IMG/VR virus record: IMGVR_UViG_2546826724_000006
Location: 1 to 64,000 of that record
DNA from: a virus
Taxonomy: Duplodnaviria > Caudoviricetes
Strand: one strand, 5' to 3'
Length of the DNA stretch: 64,000 bases
Part shown: in pieces, positions 19,389 through 28,791 of the stretch
How positions within the stretch are numbered: position 1 is the first letter of the stretch
How the letters are laid out: every line of letters begins with the position of its first letter
Notes under the pieces: model-generated
Told to the model about the DNA's origin: nothing
The model's database searches: none
Seen by the model: the letters and a program-made list of their open reading frames with translations, nothing else
Program-made: the position numbers and the translations under genes

Positions 19389-19778
19389 ATGTCCCAAAAG
19401 TGTTGGGAGGCGCGCGTGACTGCGCTCGCATTTGAAGTCGCGGATGGCCTCAAGGCCCTCGCCGGGCCGCCGCTGGAAGGCGACCGCGTCAAGGCTCGCA
19501 TTGCTCGCGCGGCTCGCGCGGCAGGGCTCTCCTACTGGCGCACGTTCGACCTTTGGTACGGCAAGGCACGGCGGATCGACGCCCACGAAGCAGACGCCAT
19601 CAGAACCGCTCGCGCCAAGCGGGCAGAAAGCCGCTCCCATGACCTTCAGGCCGTCGCCCACGAAATGGAAGCTCTTGCGGAACGCCTTGCCCTTCTGGCT
19701 GCGCGAGGCGGTGGGGAGGGGGCTGACCGGGCTCGGGCTGTCGCTGAGCGAGTTCGGCGCCTGGCTGCGGGAAACTGA
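19389..19778 (+). CDS. CII-like regulator / hypothetical protein
   Basis: IARAARAAGLSYWRTFDLWYGKARRID; start uncertain. Confidence 0.55.
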   Translation: MSQKCWEARVTALAFEVADGLKALAGPPLEGDRVKARIARAARAAGLSYWRTFDLWYGKARRIDAHEADAIRTARAKRAESRSHDLQAVAHEMEALAERLALLAARGGGEGADRARAVAERVRRLAAGN

Positions 19779-19781
19779 TTG

Positions 19782-20138
19782 ATGTCAGACCCTCGCACCT
19801 ATGGGATGACGACCCGCGCCGTGGAACTGCTGGCCGTCATCCGCGCCTTCCGGGTTCAGCACGGCCGCGTCCCGACCTACCAAGAGATGGCTACCGACCT
19901 CGGCGTCGCGGCCAAGTCTACGGTGCATCGGCTGATCACTCAGCTTGAGGCCCGCGGCCTCGTCCGCCGGCTTCACTACGCGCACCAGTCCATCGAACTG
20001 ATTGAGCCGCGCACGATCACGCTGCCGGAGGACGTGGCCATTCAGCTTCGTCACGCAGCCCGTGCCGCCGGCCGCACCCCTGAGGAGCATGTCGCCGCGC
20101 TTGTCCGGCACCACTGCCCCACGCCGAGCCCCTTCTGA
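19782..20138 (+). CDS. LexA-type winged HTH protein
   Basis: PTYQEMATDLGVAAKSTVHRLITQLEARG. Confidence 0.8.
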   Translation: MSDPRTYGMTTRAVELLAVIRAFRVQHGRVPTYQEMATDLGVAAKSTVHRLITQLEARGLVRRLHYAHQSIELIEPRTITLPEDVAIQLRHAARAAGRTPEEHVAALVRHHCPTPSPF

Positions 20139-20158
20139 CCTTCACAGCACGAGGCCCC

Positions 20159-20602
20159 ATGCCTACGGCGAGCATTCAGCGACAGATTAAGGCGGCCAAG
20201 CGCCCGGCGAAGAAGCCGGCCGCGCCGGGCAGCTTCGACCAGCGCACCGAGGCTGATGCTGTGCGCCTGCTGCTGCCCGTGCCTATGTCGGTGAATGCGA
20301 TTTACGAGCGCTATGCGGGCGGCGTGCGCCTGTCGAAGGCCTACAGTGCCTGGCTGTCCGAGGCTGGCTGGCGCCTGACGATGCAGCGTCCTGGCCGCAT
20401 CTCTGGCCGCTACGAGCTGACGCTCCGCATGCCCGTCGAGAGCGGCTTGGATCTCGACAACGCGATTAAGGCGACCTCGGACCTCCTGCAGCTCCACGGC
20501 GTCGTGCGCAACGACCGTCTGGCCTCTCGGATCGTGCTGGAATGGCAGTCCGAGCAGCCTGTCGCGATCGTCGAAATAGCCCCATTCGGAGGCGTCGCAT
20601 GA
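20159..20602 (+). CDS. rusA: RusA-like Holliday junction resolvase
   Basis: PMSVN; DLDNAIKATSDLL...VVRNDR. Confidence 0.75.
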   Translation: MPTASIQRQIKAAKRPAKKPAAPGSFDQRTEADAVRLLLPVPMSVNAIYERYAGGVRLSKAYSAWLSEAGWRLTMQRPGRISGRYELTLRMPVESGLDLDNAIKATSDLLQLHGVVRNDRLASRIVLEWQSEQPVAIVEIAPFGGVA

Positions 20603-21182
20603 CCGACGCTGATCCGACGCTGCCGGGCAAAGCCGGCCTCTACTTCCGCACGGAGAACTTGTCCCCCATCGGCTGGCAGCAAGAGCACCAAGCGCGCTCC
20701 CGTCTAGAGCGCTGGTGCTCGGAGTGCGGTCAGCGAGCTTGCTTCGGCTTTGGTGAGACGCTGCGCACCGAGGGCATCCTCTCGTGCTCCGCACCTGACT
20801 GCATGGACGCGGCGGAAGCGACGGCCCGTGAACGCGACTGCCCGTCTCCTCCCGCCAAGCCCAGCAACGCTGAAGCGACACTGGATCTGTTCGGAGCTGC
20901 CGCATGAGCAAGGTTACGATCAGATCCCGGCGAGCGCCGGCTGTCCTCTGCCGTGAGAACGGCTGGGCCGTTGGGACGTGCCTTCAGGGCGATGAGGGTT
21001 ACGGCCCGTCCATCATCCGCATCACGGCGATCGGTGAGGTCAGGATCCTTGCTCGCGAGATCCGCCGCGACGGGATCCGTTGCTTTGGCTGGGAAAGCAC
21101 TTGGACGCTGGATTGCCGCGACTGGCACGAGGTGCCGGACCCCGACGGCAAATGGCAAATCGAAGAGGAGGCGTAGACCGCT

Positions 21183-21752
21183 ATGGGTGAGAAGCCTCGT
21201 CGGACTGGCCGCCTCGGCGGTGTTGACCTGCTAGCTCAGGAACTGGCGGACGAAGTCTATCGCCGCACGATGGAGGAGCACGCCAAAGCGAAGGGCGACA
21301 GCCCTATCGAATGCATATTCTACACGGCGCTGCGGATGGTCGCTGCGCAGGCGCACCGTTCGATCCAGGCCATCTACGGCTTAGATGAGGGTGCTGACCT
21401 TGATTACTGGGTGCGCGTCGCTGCGGTAGGCGACGGGCATAGGGGCATGTCGGCCTTCTGCTTCAGCCAAGTGCAAATTGCAGGTTGGCGCGTCGATTTC
21501 GTCATCCACTATCCAGTCTGGCGCGATGGCAATTACGTGCTCAAGCGACTGATCGTTGAGTGCGACGGCCATGATTATCACGAGCGCACGAAGGATCAGG
21601 CCGCACGAGACCGCTCCCGTGATCGGCTCGCGCAGTACGAGGGCCTGCCGGTTTTCCGGTTCACCGGCTCGGAGATCTGGAACGATCCGCAAGGCTGCGC
21701 TGACGAGGTGCTGCAGTTCATGGAAAGCGGGCCGGAGGCGCTGCCAGCATGA
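21183..21752 (+). CDS. DUF559 / PD-(D/E)XK endonuclease
   Basis: SPIE, WRVDF, LIVECDGHDYH, DRSRDR, FRFTGSEIW. Confidence 0.85.
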   Translation: MGEKPRRTGRLGGVDLLAQELADEVYRRTMEEHAKAKGDSPIECIFYTALRMVAAQAHRSIQAIYGLDEGADLDYWVRVAAVGDGHRGMSAFCFSQVQIAGWRVDFVIHYPVWRDGNYVLKRLIVECDGHDYHERTKDQAARDRSRDRLAQYEGLPVFRFTGSEIWNDPQGCADEVLQFMESGPEALPA

Positions 21753-22759
21753 GCGACCGCCTACCATGGTTCCGCTGCTTTCCCTCCGCCCTGCTCGGCG
21801 CGCTGGCCGGCCTCGATGCCGATGAGGGCATCGTCTATGTCACGGCGCTGCTTCGCATCTACGAGACAGGCGCTCCGGTTGGCGAGACAGCCCGCACGTT
21901 GGGTCGCCGCACCGGTCTGACTGAGCGCAAGGCTGGCGCAGCCCTTGAGCGACTTTTCGAGGCCGGGAAGCTGATCCTGACGGCCGATGGCAAGCTCGAC
22001 AGCGCCTCCACGCACGCCGAGATCGGATGGCAACGCGAGCGTCGTCAGGACCAGTCAGCCGCCGGTCGCGCGAGTGCCGCTCGCCGTCAAAAACAGTCGG
22101 GCGCAGAAAAGAACGATGCGTTCGGCAAAACGCCCGATCAAAATGACAGGCAAAAATATCAACAAAATCAACGAAACGGCGCAACGGCCGTTGAGCTGCC
22201 GTTCAACCAATTAGAAGAAGATACAGATCAGAAAGAGGACAAGCCTCTTTCTGTCGCTCGCACGGCTCGCTCGCAGTCGGACTTCCCCCCGAATGCCTTT
22301 GCGATCTGGTGGCAGCTCCAGCCGAACAAGGTCGGGAAGGATGCGGCTGAGCGTGCCTTCGCAAAGGTCCGCAAGTCCGGCCGCGTGACGTTCGCCGAGC
22401 TGATGGACGGCCTCAAGCGCTACATCGCCACGAAGCCGCCGACCCGTGACTGGTGCCATCCGACGACATGGCTGAACCAAGGACGCTGGGCCGATGAGCC
22501 CGCAGCGCCTGTCCCGATCCGCGCCATGCCGATCGGCCGCCAACCCTCCGCGCAAGAGAGCTTCCTGAACCATTCCCGCAACGCTGACCGCGAAATGAGA
22601 GGCGAAGATGTCCAAAGCCCTTTCCTCTTCGACGCCGCACCGGTCGCTGACGCGGCTGGATACGCGAACGGACATGCTCGTCCGGCGCTTCTCGAACCAC
22701 TTGGAGGAAACCGCGGATTTCCGCCGCCGCGCTATCCCGGACCGACTCGCGCCCACTGA
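21749..22759 (+). CDS. Replication initiator (YdaU/DUF1376-like)
   Basis: PWFRCFPSALL N-terminus; KVGKDAAERAF...HPTTWLNQGRWADE. Confidence 0.8.
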   Translation: MSDRLPWFRCFPSALLGALAGLDADEGIVYVTALLRIYETGAPVGETARTLGRRTGLTERKAGAALERLFEAGKLILTADGKLDSASTHAEIGWQRERRQDQSAAGRASAARRQKQSGAEKNDAFGKTPDQNDRQKYQQNQRNGATAVELPFNQLEEDTDQKEDKPLSVARTARSQSDFPPNAFAIWWQLQPNKVGKDAAERAFAKVRKSGRVTFAELMDGLKRYIATKPPTRDWCHPTTWLNQGRWADEPAAPVPIRAMPIGRQPSAQESFLNHSRNADREMRGEDVQSPFLFDAAPVADAAGYANGHARPALLEPLGGNRGFPPPRYPGPTRAH

Positions 22760-23318
22760 CGACGAGCGGCGCGAGTTGAAAGCCAGGGTTGCCGAGATCG
22801 ACAGCGGCCTCGGTCGTGCCAGCGAGGCTTCGATCCGCCGCGCGGTCGGACTGGTGAAGGGCCTGATGGCCTCTCCCGCTATTGGTGAGACAACGGTCGA
22901 CGAGATCCTGAGCGGCTACGCTCTTGTGCTGGCGCCGTATCCGCAGCCGGTCATTGAGGACGTCTGCCGCCGCTACCTGGATGGACGCCTCGGCAACCGT
23001 GTCTACGCTCCCACTCCGGCTGAAATCGCTCACGAGTGCCGGGAGATGCTAGCGCCGATCTACGCCGAGCGTGCCCGGATCGCTCTGATCCTCGACGCCG
23101 AGGTCTACGAGACGCCGAGCCCGGAGCAGCAGGCCGAGGTCCAGGCCGCCTATCTGGCCTTCGTCGCTGAGACCAGTTCCCGAGCTGAGGGCGGCTTCGC
23201 TGGAGCGAAAGAGGCCGAAGGCAGTCAGGCCCACGCCGACCGCCTCTCTGCTCTCTCCACCCTCAAACAAGCCGAAGCCAAAGCGAAATCTGAACAGACG
23301 GATGGAGTGGAAGCGTGA
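22608..23318 (+). CDS. Putative helicase loader / replication partner
   Basis: Follows the initiator; YAPTPAEI motif. Confidence 0.55.
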   Translation: MSKALSSSTPHRSLTRLDTRTDMLVRRFSNHLEETADFRRRAIPDRLAPTDDERRELKARVAEIDSGLGRASEASIRRAVGLVKGLMASPAIGETTVDEILSGYALVLAPYPQPVIEDVCRRYLDGRLGNRVYAPTPAEIAHECREMLAPIYAERARIALILDAEVYETPSPEQQAEVQAAYLAFVAETSSRAEGGFAGAKEAEGSQAHADRLSALSTLKQAEAKAKSEQTDGVEA

Positions 23319-24010
23319 CCAACAAGCAGCGTCGAGCCCTCCGTCGCGAGAAGGCCCGCGAGCGTTCGCGGAAGAAGGCCGTCAAGCGGAGTGTGGCGGT
23401 CAACATGCAGTCGGTGCGAGCCGGCGCCTACATGGCCGCCAGGGAGCGCCAAGAGCGGTTTGAGGTCGATCCTACTCGCACGTGGTACGTCATCCGCACG
23501 CTGCCGCGCTGGGCGACGAAAGCTGCCGAGCAGATCACCGCTTCCGGCACGCCTGTGTTTGAGGCGCGCGAGGCGATCCGGCTGGTTTCCGACATCGGCA
23601 AGGTTCGGCTGGCTCTGATCCCTGTCCTGCGCCGGGTCATCTTCGTCGGCGTGCTGGATTGGCGCGAGCTGCGGCACGTGGAGAGCCATCCCGGCGTGTA
23701 CGACGACGCCACGGGCTACGGCCGATCCGGCGTCGTTCAGCGTCCTGGCGGCGGTCATATGGTCATCTCGGCCGAGGACCTGCAGAACTTCGCCGACTGC
23801 ATCACGGGCGTCGGTGGCGACGATGATGCGGCTCGCAAGGTGCTGTTTGAGATCGGCGGCAGCGTCCGTGTGAAGGACGGGCCGTTCGCCTCGTTCCAGG
23901 GCACGGTCGAGGAGCACGACGAGCGGACCGGCCGCACGAAGGTTGGCGTCGACATCTTCGGCCGGATCACGCCGATGTGGCTTGAGGAAAATGCTATCGA
24001 AGCGGCCTAG
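23315..24010 (+). CDS. NusG-family antiterminator (late regulator)
   Basis: WYVIRT NGN start; KOW VRVKDGPFASFQGTV...VGVDIFGRITP. Confidence 0.88.
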   Translation: MTNKQRRALRREKARERSRKKAVKRSVAVNMQSVRAGAYMAARERQERFEVDPTRTWYVIRTLPRWATKAAEQITASGTPVFEAREAIRLVSDIGKVRLALIPVLRRVIFVGVLDWRELRHVESHPGVYDDATGYGRSGVVQRPGGGHMVISAEDLQNFADCITGVGGDDDAARKVLFEIGGSVRVKDGPFASFQGTVEEHDERTGRTKVGVDIFGRITPMWLEENAIEAA

Positions 24011-24309
24011 AACGATTGACAAAACCTATCGTTCGTGTATCTAGGCACGCAGGACACATCCGAACCGCGGCGACAGCTACGGCAGTCTGGCCCACTTCGG
24101 ACCCCGGCCCACGATCAAAGGCGATCGAGGCGACAGGGTTGTTGTCTCAAAATTCCGCACTTGAGCGCCGAGCGCTCGGGCAATCAGTTCGATGCGGCCG
24201 CAGGGAGGGACCTGCTGAGAAGGCCGTAAGCCGGCCGCTACGTGCGGCGGAGTGCCGGCAGCCAGTTTCGAGTCTGGCCCGCATCGATACCCTTAGCCGG
24301 TAGCCTCTC

Positions 24310-24531
24310 ATGCCCGAGACCATCCCGGCCGACATCACGGCGGCGATCAAGAATTTCCATTCTGCGGCCCGTAGAGAGGGCGCGCTTGGAATTGGCACCC
24401 AAGCCTCAGCCGAGGCCGAGAACGCCGCCAGCGAGGCCCGTAAGCGATTGGAACGGGCAATCAGCGCTCACCTCCGCGGCTATGCCAGATTGAAGGCTGC
24501 GATGGACGCCATCACGAGCGGGGGCGCCTGA
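24310..24531 (+). CDS. Hypothetical protein
   Basis: First ORF after the late leader region. Confidence 0.45.
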   Translation: MPETIPADITAAIKNFHSAARREGALGIGTQASAEAENAASEARKRLERAISAHLRGYARLKAAMDAITSGGA

Positions 24532-25161
24532 CCCGTGGACTTCGACGATCTCTCCGACGTTCACCTGGACCGTGATCCCGACGACCTCCTCCCCGAGGAC
24601 TGGGACGACGACACAACCGGAGAGATCGAGCTGGCCGGCATTCGGCGCCGGGTGATGGCTGAGACTGAAGGGCGGGTGTGATGGGCTGTGCGGTCACCGG
24701 AAGCGTCACCATCCACGGCCTCGGCGGTGCGACTTGGGAATTGCCCGTTGGGGTGCTTCAGGAGGTCATCACGGTCGAGAAGGTCGTCGGCAGCGTCCGC
24801 ACGATCTACCGCGGCTCCATCGGCTCGCTGATTGCCCTCGGTGTGCTGACCCCGCCGGAAGTCTGACTTGGGCGACTGGCTGAATGAGCGTCCCGCTCTC
24901 TCCGGCTTCGCCATCGGCCTCACGTCGGCCGCCACTGGCCTGATTGCGATGGCCCTTCTGTGGATCTGATCTTCACCGCCGACTGGGTCTCCGGCTTTGC
25001 CTCGGGCGTGCTGCTAAGCAGCGTCATCGCCTGCTGCCTCGCGATGAGGGCTAGCCGCTGATGCCGGATCCGAAGGCTGTCCTGACCTGGCTGATGCTGC
25101 CGAGCCTGTTTGCCGCCGGCTGGATCTGCGCAGGCTTTGACCTGATGACGGGAGCGCGGAC

Positions 25162-25317
25162 ATGAGCCTCGTCACGATCCTCCTCATCATCCTGATCATC
25201 CTCGCCTTTGGTGGTGGCGGCTTCATCGGCGATGGCGCTTACCGTGGCCCTGGGTTCGGTCTCGGCGGGATCCTGCTGCTCGTGCTCATCGTCCTGTTGG
25301 TTTCCGGGAGGCTCTGA
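25162..25317 (+). CDS. Small membrane protein (DUF3309-like)
   Basis: MSLVTILLIILIILAFGGG...GLGGILLLVLIVLLVSGRL, 51 aa, GGAG RBS; absent from the ORF track. Confidence 0.7.
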   Translation: MSLVTILLIILIILAFGGGGFIGDGAYRGPGFGLGGILLLVLIVLLVSGRL

Positions 25318-25578
25318 TGCACCCGACCGACACGCTCCTCTCGCTGAGCCATGCTCGCATCGCCCGTGCTGCTGCCGCTGGCCCTCGCCGAGCCACACGG
25401 CCTACGCTGAACACCGATCGCCAGCATATGGCCCGCATCGCTCAGGCTGATCCGTGGACAACCCGCCACAGCGTCGGCGCCGCCATCGTCCGCCTCAACA
25501 CCCTCGCCCGTGCTGACGGCATCCTAGCCCAGCGCATCGACGCCTTGTAGGGCGGAATAAACAAACGGCAGAAATTCC

Positions 25579-25857
25579 ATGGGCGACAATCTCACTCGCC
25601 CCGGTCCTGGTCGCCCTAAGGGCTCAGTCAACAAGACGACGGCGCTTCTCAAGGATGCGATCCTTAAGGCCGCCGAGCAGGCTGGAGGCGGCGGGGAAGA
25701 GGGGCTGGTCAACTACCTGACCGCGCAGGCCTCCGAGAGCCCCGCGGCTTTCATGTCGCTTCTCGGCAAAGTGCTTCCGATGCAAGTCACCGGAGAGGAC
25801 GGCGGCCCGGTCAGGGCGACTTTCTCGTTCAAGCTTGATCGGCCAGAGCAGTCGTGA
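25579..25857 (+). CDS. terS: Terminase small subunit (helper)
   Basis: GRPKGSVNKTT...QVTGEDGGPV; overlaps terL. Confidence 0.75.
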   Translation: MGDNLTRPGPGRPKGSVNKTTALLKDAILKAAEQAGGGGEEGLVNYLTAQASESPAAFMSLLGKVLPMQVTGEDGGPVRATFSFKLDRPEQS

Positions 25858-27101
25858 ATTTCGAGTATGAGCGCCCTTGGCTGGCAGAGTACCAGCGAGA
25901 GGCGCTGTTCGGTGAGGAGCGGTACGGCGTCGTCGAGGGCTCGACGAAGTGCGGGAAGACGGCGCCCTGCCTGATCTGGCTCGCTGAGCAGTGCATGTTC
26001 GGCGGAGAAGGGCAGAACCACTGGTGGGTGGCGCCGGTCTACCCGCAGGCTGAGATCGCCTACAAGCGGATGAAGCGGGGCTTGCCCCACGACATCATCA
26101 AGACCCACGACACGGACAAGTGGATCGAACTGCCGGGCGGCCGGCGCATGTGGTTCAAGACCGCCGAGAAGCCGAACAACCTGTATGGCGAGGACGTCTA
26201 CAGCGCGGTGATCGACGAGGCCAGCCGCTGCCGCGAGGAGAGCTGGCACGCCGTCCGGTCGACACTGACGGCGACCCGTGGGCCGGTTCGGATCATCGGC
26301 AACGTCAAGGGCCGCAAGAACTGGGCGTTCGCCTTGGCTCGCAAAGCCGAGGCCGGCGCCCCTGGGATGGCCTACAAGCGGATCACGGCCTACGACGCGA
26401 TCCAGGCCGGCATCCTCTCGCAGGCCGAGATTGACCAAGCCCGGTCGGATCTGCCCGAGGCGGTGTTTCGGGAGCTGTACCTCGCCGAGCCGTCCGATGA
26501 TGGCGGCAACCCCTTCGGCATGAAGGCCATCGCCGACTGTATCGGCCCGATGTCCGACGGCAAGCCGATCGCGTGGGGCTGGGATCTGGCGAAGTCGGTC
26601 GACTGGACGGTCGGCATCGCGCTGGACGCTGAAGGTCGCATCTGCCGGTTCGAGCGGTTCCAGAAGCCCTGGAACGATACGATGGATCGGATCGTCGAGG
26701 CGACCGGGTCCATTCCGGCCCTTGTTGACAGCACGGGTGTCGGTGACCCGATCCTAGAGATGCTGCAGAAGCGCCCCGGCTCGCGGTTCGAAGGGTTCAA
26801 GTTCACCAGCGAGTCCAAGCAGCGGATTATGGAAGGGTTGGCAGTCGCGATCCAGAAGATGGAGATCGCGATCCCCGAAGGCCCGATCCGGTCAGAGCTT
26901 GAAAACTTCGAGTACGAGTACACCCGCACGGGTGTCCGCTACACGGCTCCGGATGGCTTCCACGACGACTGCGTGTGCGCGCTGGCGCTAGCGGTCAGTC
27001 ACAAAGCCCATGCCCGGCAGCCCCTGACGATCGACCCCGAGCTTCGCCGGCTCGCGAAGATGCCTCGGCGTGGAGGCTTCACGTTCAACCTCGGGACCTG
27101 A
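25854..27101 (+). CDS. terL: Terminase large subunit (helper)
   Basis: GSTKCGKT, VIDEAS, GWDLAKSVDWT, DSTGVGD, HDDCVCALAL. Confidence 0.92.
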   Translation: MNFEYERPWLAEYQREALFGEERYGVVEGSTKCGKTAPCLIWLAEQCMFGGEGQNHWWVAPVYPQAEIAYKRMKRGLPHDIIKTHDTDKWIELPGGRRMWFKTAEKPNNLYGEDVYSAVIDEASRCREESWHAVRSTLTATRGPVRIIGNVKGRKNWAFALARKAEAGAPGMAYKRITAYDAIQAGILSQAEIDQARSDLPEAVFRELYLAEPSDDGGNPFGMKAIADCIGPMSDGKPIAWGWDLAKSVDWTVGIALDAEGRICRFERFQKPWNDTMDRIVEATGSIPALVDSTGVGDPILEMLQKRPGSRFEGFKFTSESKQRIMEGLAVAIQKMEIAIPEGPIRSELENFEYEYTRTGVRYTAPDGFHDDCVCALALAVSHKAHARQPLTIDPELRRLAKMPRRGGFTFNLGT

Positions 27102-27103
27102 GT

Positions 27104-28735
27104 ATGACCCGAGCCCAGCGACGCAATCGAGCCAGGACCGCCGCGCAGGTAATTGGCACGGCGCAGGATACCACGCCCGAGGCCCGCAAGCCTCTCCAAA
27201 TCGCGTTAGAGCTTCGTGGGCGGGCCAAGATCGGCAAGGGGCAGGGGAAGCCCGTCGATCCCTTCGCCGCCGCTCAGCATCCGCCTGGGACGACGGGTGG
27301 CTCCAATCTGGCGATGGATGAGGCGCCTGGCGTTGGGCCTTGGGCGTCGGAACTGCTCGGCGCCTACACCGGCACCTACGGCTATTTTCCCGGGTTCGCG
27401 CAGCTCGCCATTCAGGCGCAGATCCCTGAGATCCGCCGGATGGTGGAGATCATCGCGACGGAAGCCACGCGCAAGTGGATCAAGATCCAGGGTACGGGCC
27501 AGGACAAGGCTGATCAGATCAAGGCGATTGAGGAGGCCTTCGTTGAGTTCGGGGTTCGCGACGTGTTTCGGAAGATGCTGGAATGCGACGGGTACTTCGG
27601 CCGAGGGCATATCTTCGTCGATACCGGAACGACCGATCCGGACGAACTGAAGACCCCAATCGGCAGCGGATCCGATAAGGCCAGCCAAGCCAAGGTCGGC
27701 CGAGGCAAGCTGAAGGGGTTCAAGGTCGTCGAGGCGATGTGGGCGTACCCCAACGGGTACAACGCCACGGACCCTCTGGCTGATAATTGGTACAAGCCCA
27801 CGACGTGGCTGGTGCAGGGCAAGCCGGTCCACCGGACGCGGCTGCTGACCTTCGTCGGCCGTGAAGTGCCCGACCTGCTGAAGCCGGCCTATAGCTTCGG
27901 TGGCGTGTCGCTCTCGCAGCTCGTGAAGCCCACGGTCGACAACTGGCTCCGTACCCGCCAGTCCGTGTCCGACATCGTGAACGCCTTCAGCGTCATGGTG
28001 CTGTCCACCCAGATGGGCAACACGCTCGGCGTGGCAGACACCAGTGTCGCGGATCGCGTCGAGCTGTTCAACGACCTCCGCGACAATCGCGGGGTCTGGC
28101 TCCTCAACAAGGAGACGGAGGACTTCAAGAACGTCTCGGCACCGCTCGGTGGCCTTGAGGCGCTTCAGGCTCAGTCTCAGGAGCACATGGCGGCGATCCC
28201 GGGCATCCCGCTCGTGAAGTTCTTCGGGCTTCAGCCGGCGGGGCTCAACGCTTCGTCGGACGGCGAGATGCGCTCGTTCTTCGACTGGATCGCCGCCTTC
28301 GTTGAGACCGGGCGCCCGATCATCCAGAGCATGCTCGGGTTCGTCCAGCTTCACCTGTTCGGTGAGGTCGACCCGGAAATCACCTTCGCGTTCGAGCCCC
28401 TTTGGTCCATGTCGGACAAGGAGCTTGCCGAGGTCCGGAAGATCGAGGCCGATACGGCTCTGGTCTACATTGACGCTGGCGTGCTCGACAAGGACGAGGA
28501 GCGCAAGCGGCTCGCGGATGATCCAGAGTCCACCTACCACGGTCTGGACCTGAACGCGGTCGTTGAGGAGCCGGAAGGCGAGGGTGACCTTGCCGACGTG
28601 GACGAAGGCGACGATGATGCCGGCTCGGCGGTCATGAGCCTCTTCGACCGCGCATCCGAGCAGCAGCATGATCGATCTGAGCCTGGGCGAGATGCTGGAA
28701 CTCGCCCGCGAGGCCGAGCTTCAGAAGCGGCTTGA
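27104..28735 (+). CDS. Portal protein (DUF1073 type)
   Basis: Follows terL; VHRTRLL, PAYSFGGVSLSQ, IPLVKFFGLQPAGLNAS, FEPLW. Confidence 0.88.
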   Translation: MTRAQRRNRARTAAQVIGTAQDTTPEARKPLQIALELRGRAKIGKGQGKPVDPFAAAQHPPGTTGGSNLAMDEAPGVGPWASELLGAYTGTYGYFPGFAQLAIQAQIPEIRRMVEIIATEATRKWIKIQGTGQDKADQIKAIEEAFVEFGVRDVFRKMLECDGYFGRGHIFVDTGTTDPDELKTPIGSGSDKASQAKVGRGKLKGFKVVEAMWAYPNGYNATDPLADNWYKPTTWLVQGKPVHRTRLLTFVGREVPDLLKPAYSFGGVSLSQLVKPTVDNWLRTRQSVSDIVNAFSVMVLSTQMGNTLGVADTSVADRVELFNDLRDNRGVWLLNKETEDFKNVSAPLGGLEALQAQSQEHMAAIPGIPLVKFFGLQPAGLNASSDGEMRSFFDWIAAFVETGRPIIQSMLGFVQLHLFGEVDPEITFAFEPLWSMSDKELAEVRKIEADTALVYIDAGVLDKDEERKRLADDPESTYHGLDLNAVVEEPEGEGDLADVDEGDDDAGSAVMSLFDRASEQQHDRSEPGRDAGTRPRGRASEAA

Positions 28736-28791
28736 GGCTGACGGCATAGCCCCGGTGGAGGGCAAGCCCGTCACAATGCCCGAGGATTTGC

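Noticed and set aside
27206-28669. 487-aa antisense ORF, and similar long shadows at 31421-32602 and 57326-58768
   Set aside because: These mirror well-supported structural genes and have no domain signatures
27104-28735. Anti-CBASS Acb1 label sometimes attached to DUF1073 proteins
   Set aside because: Position and motifs fit a portal protein, and no HxT phosphoesterase domain is evident
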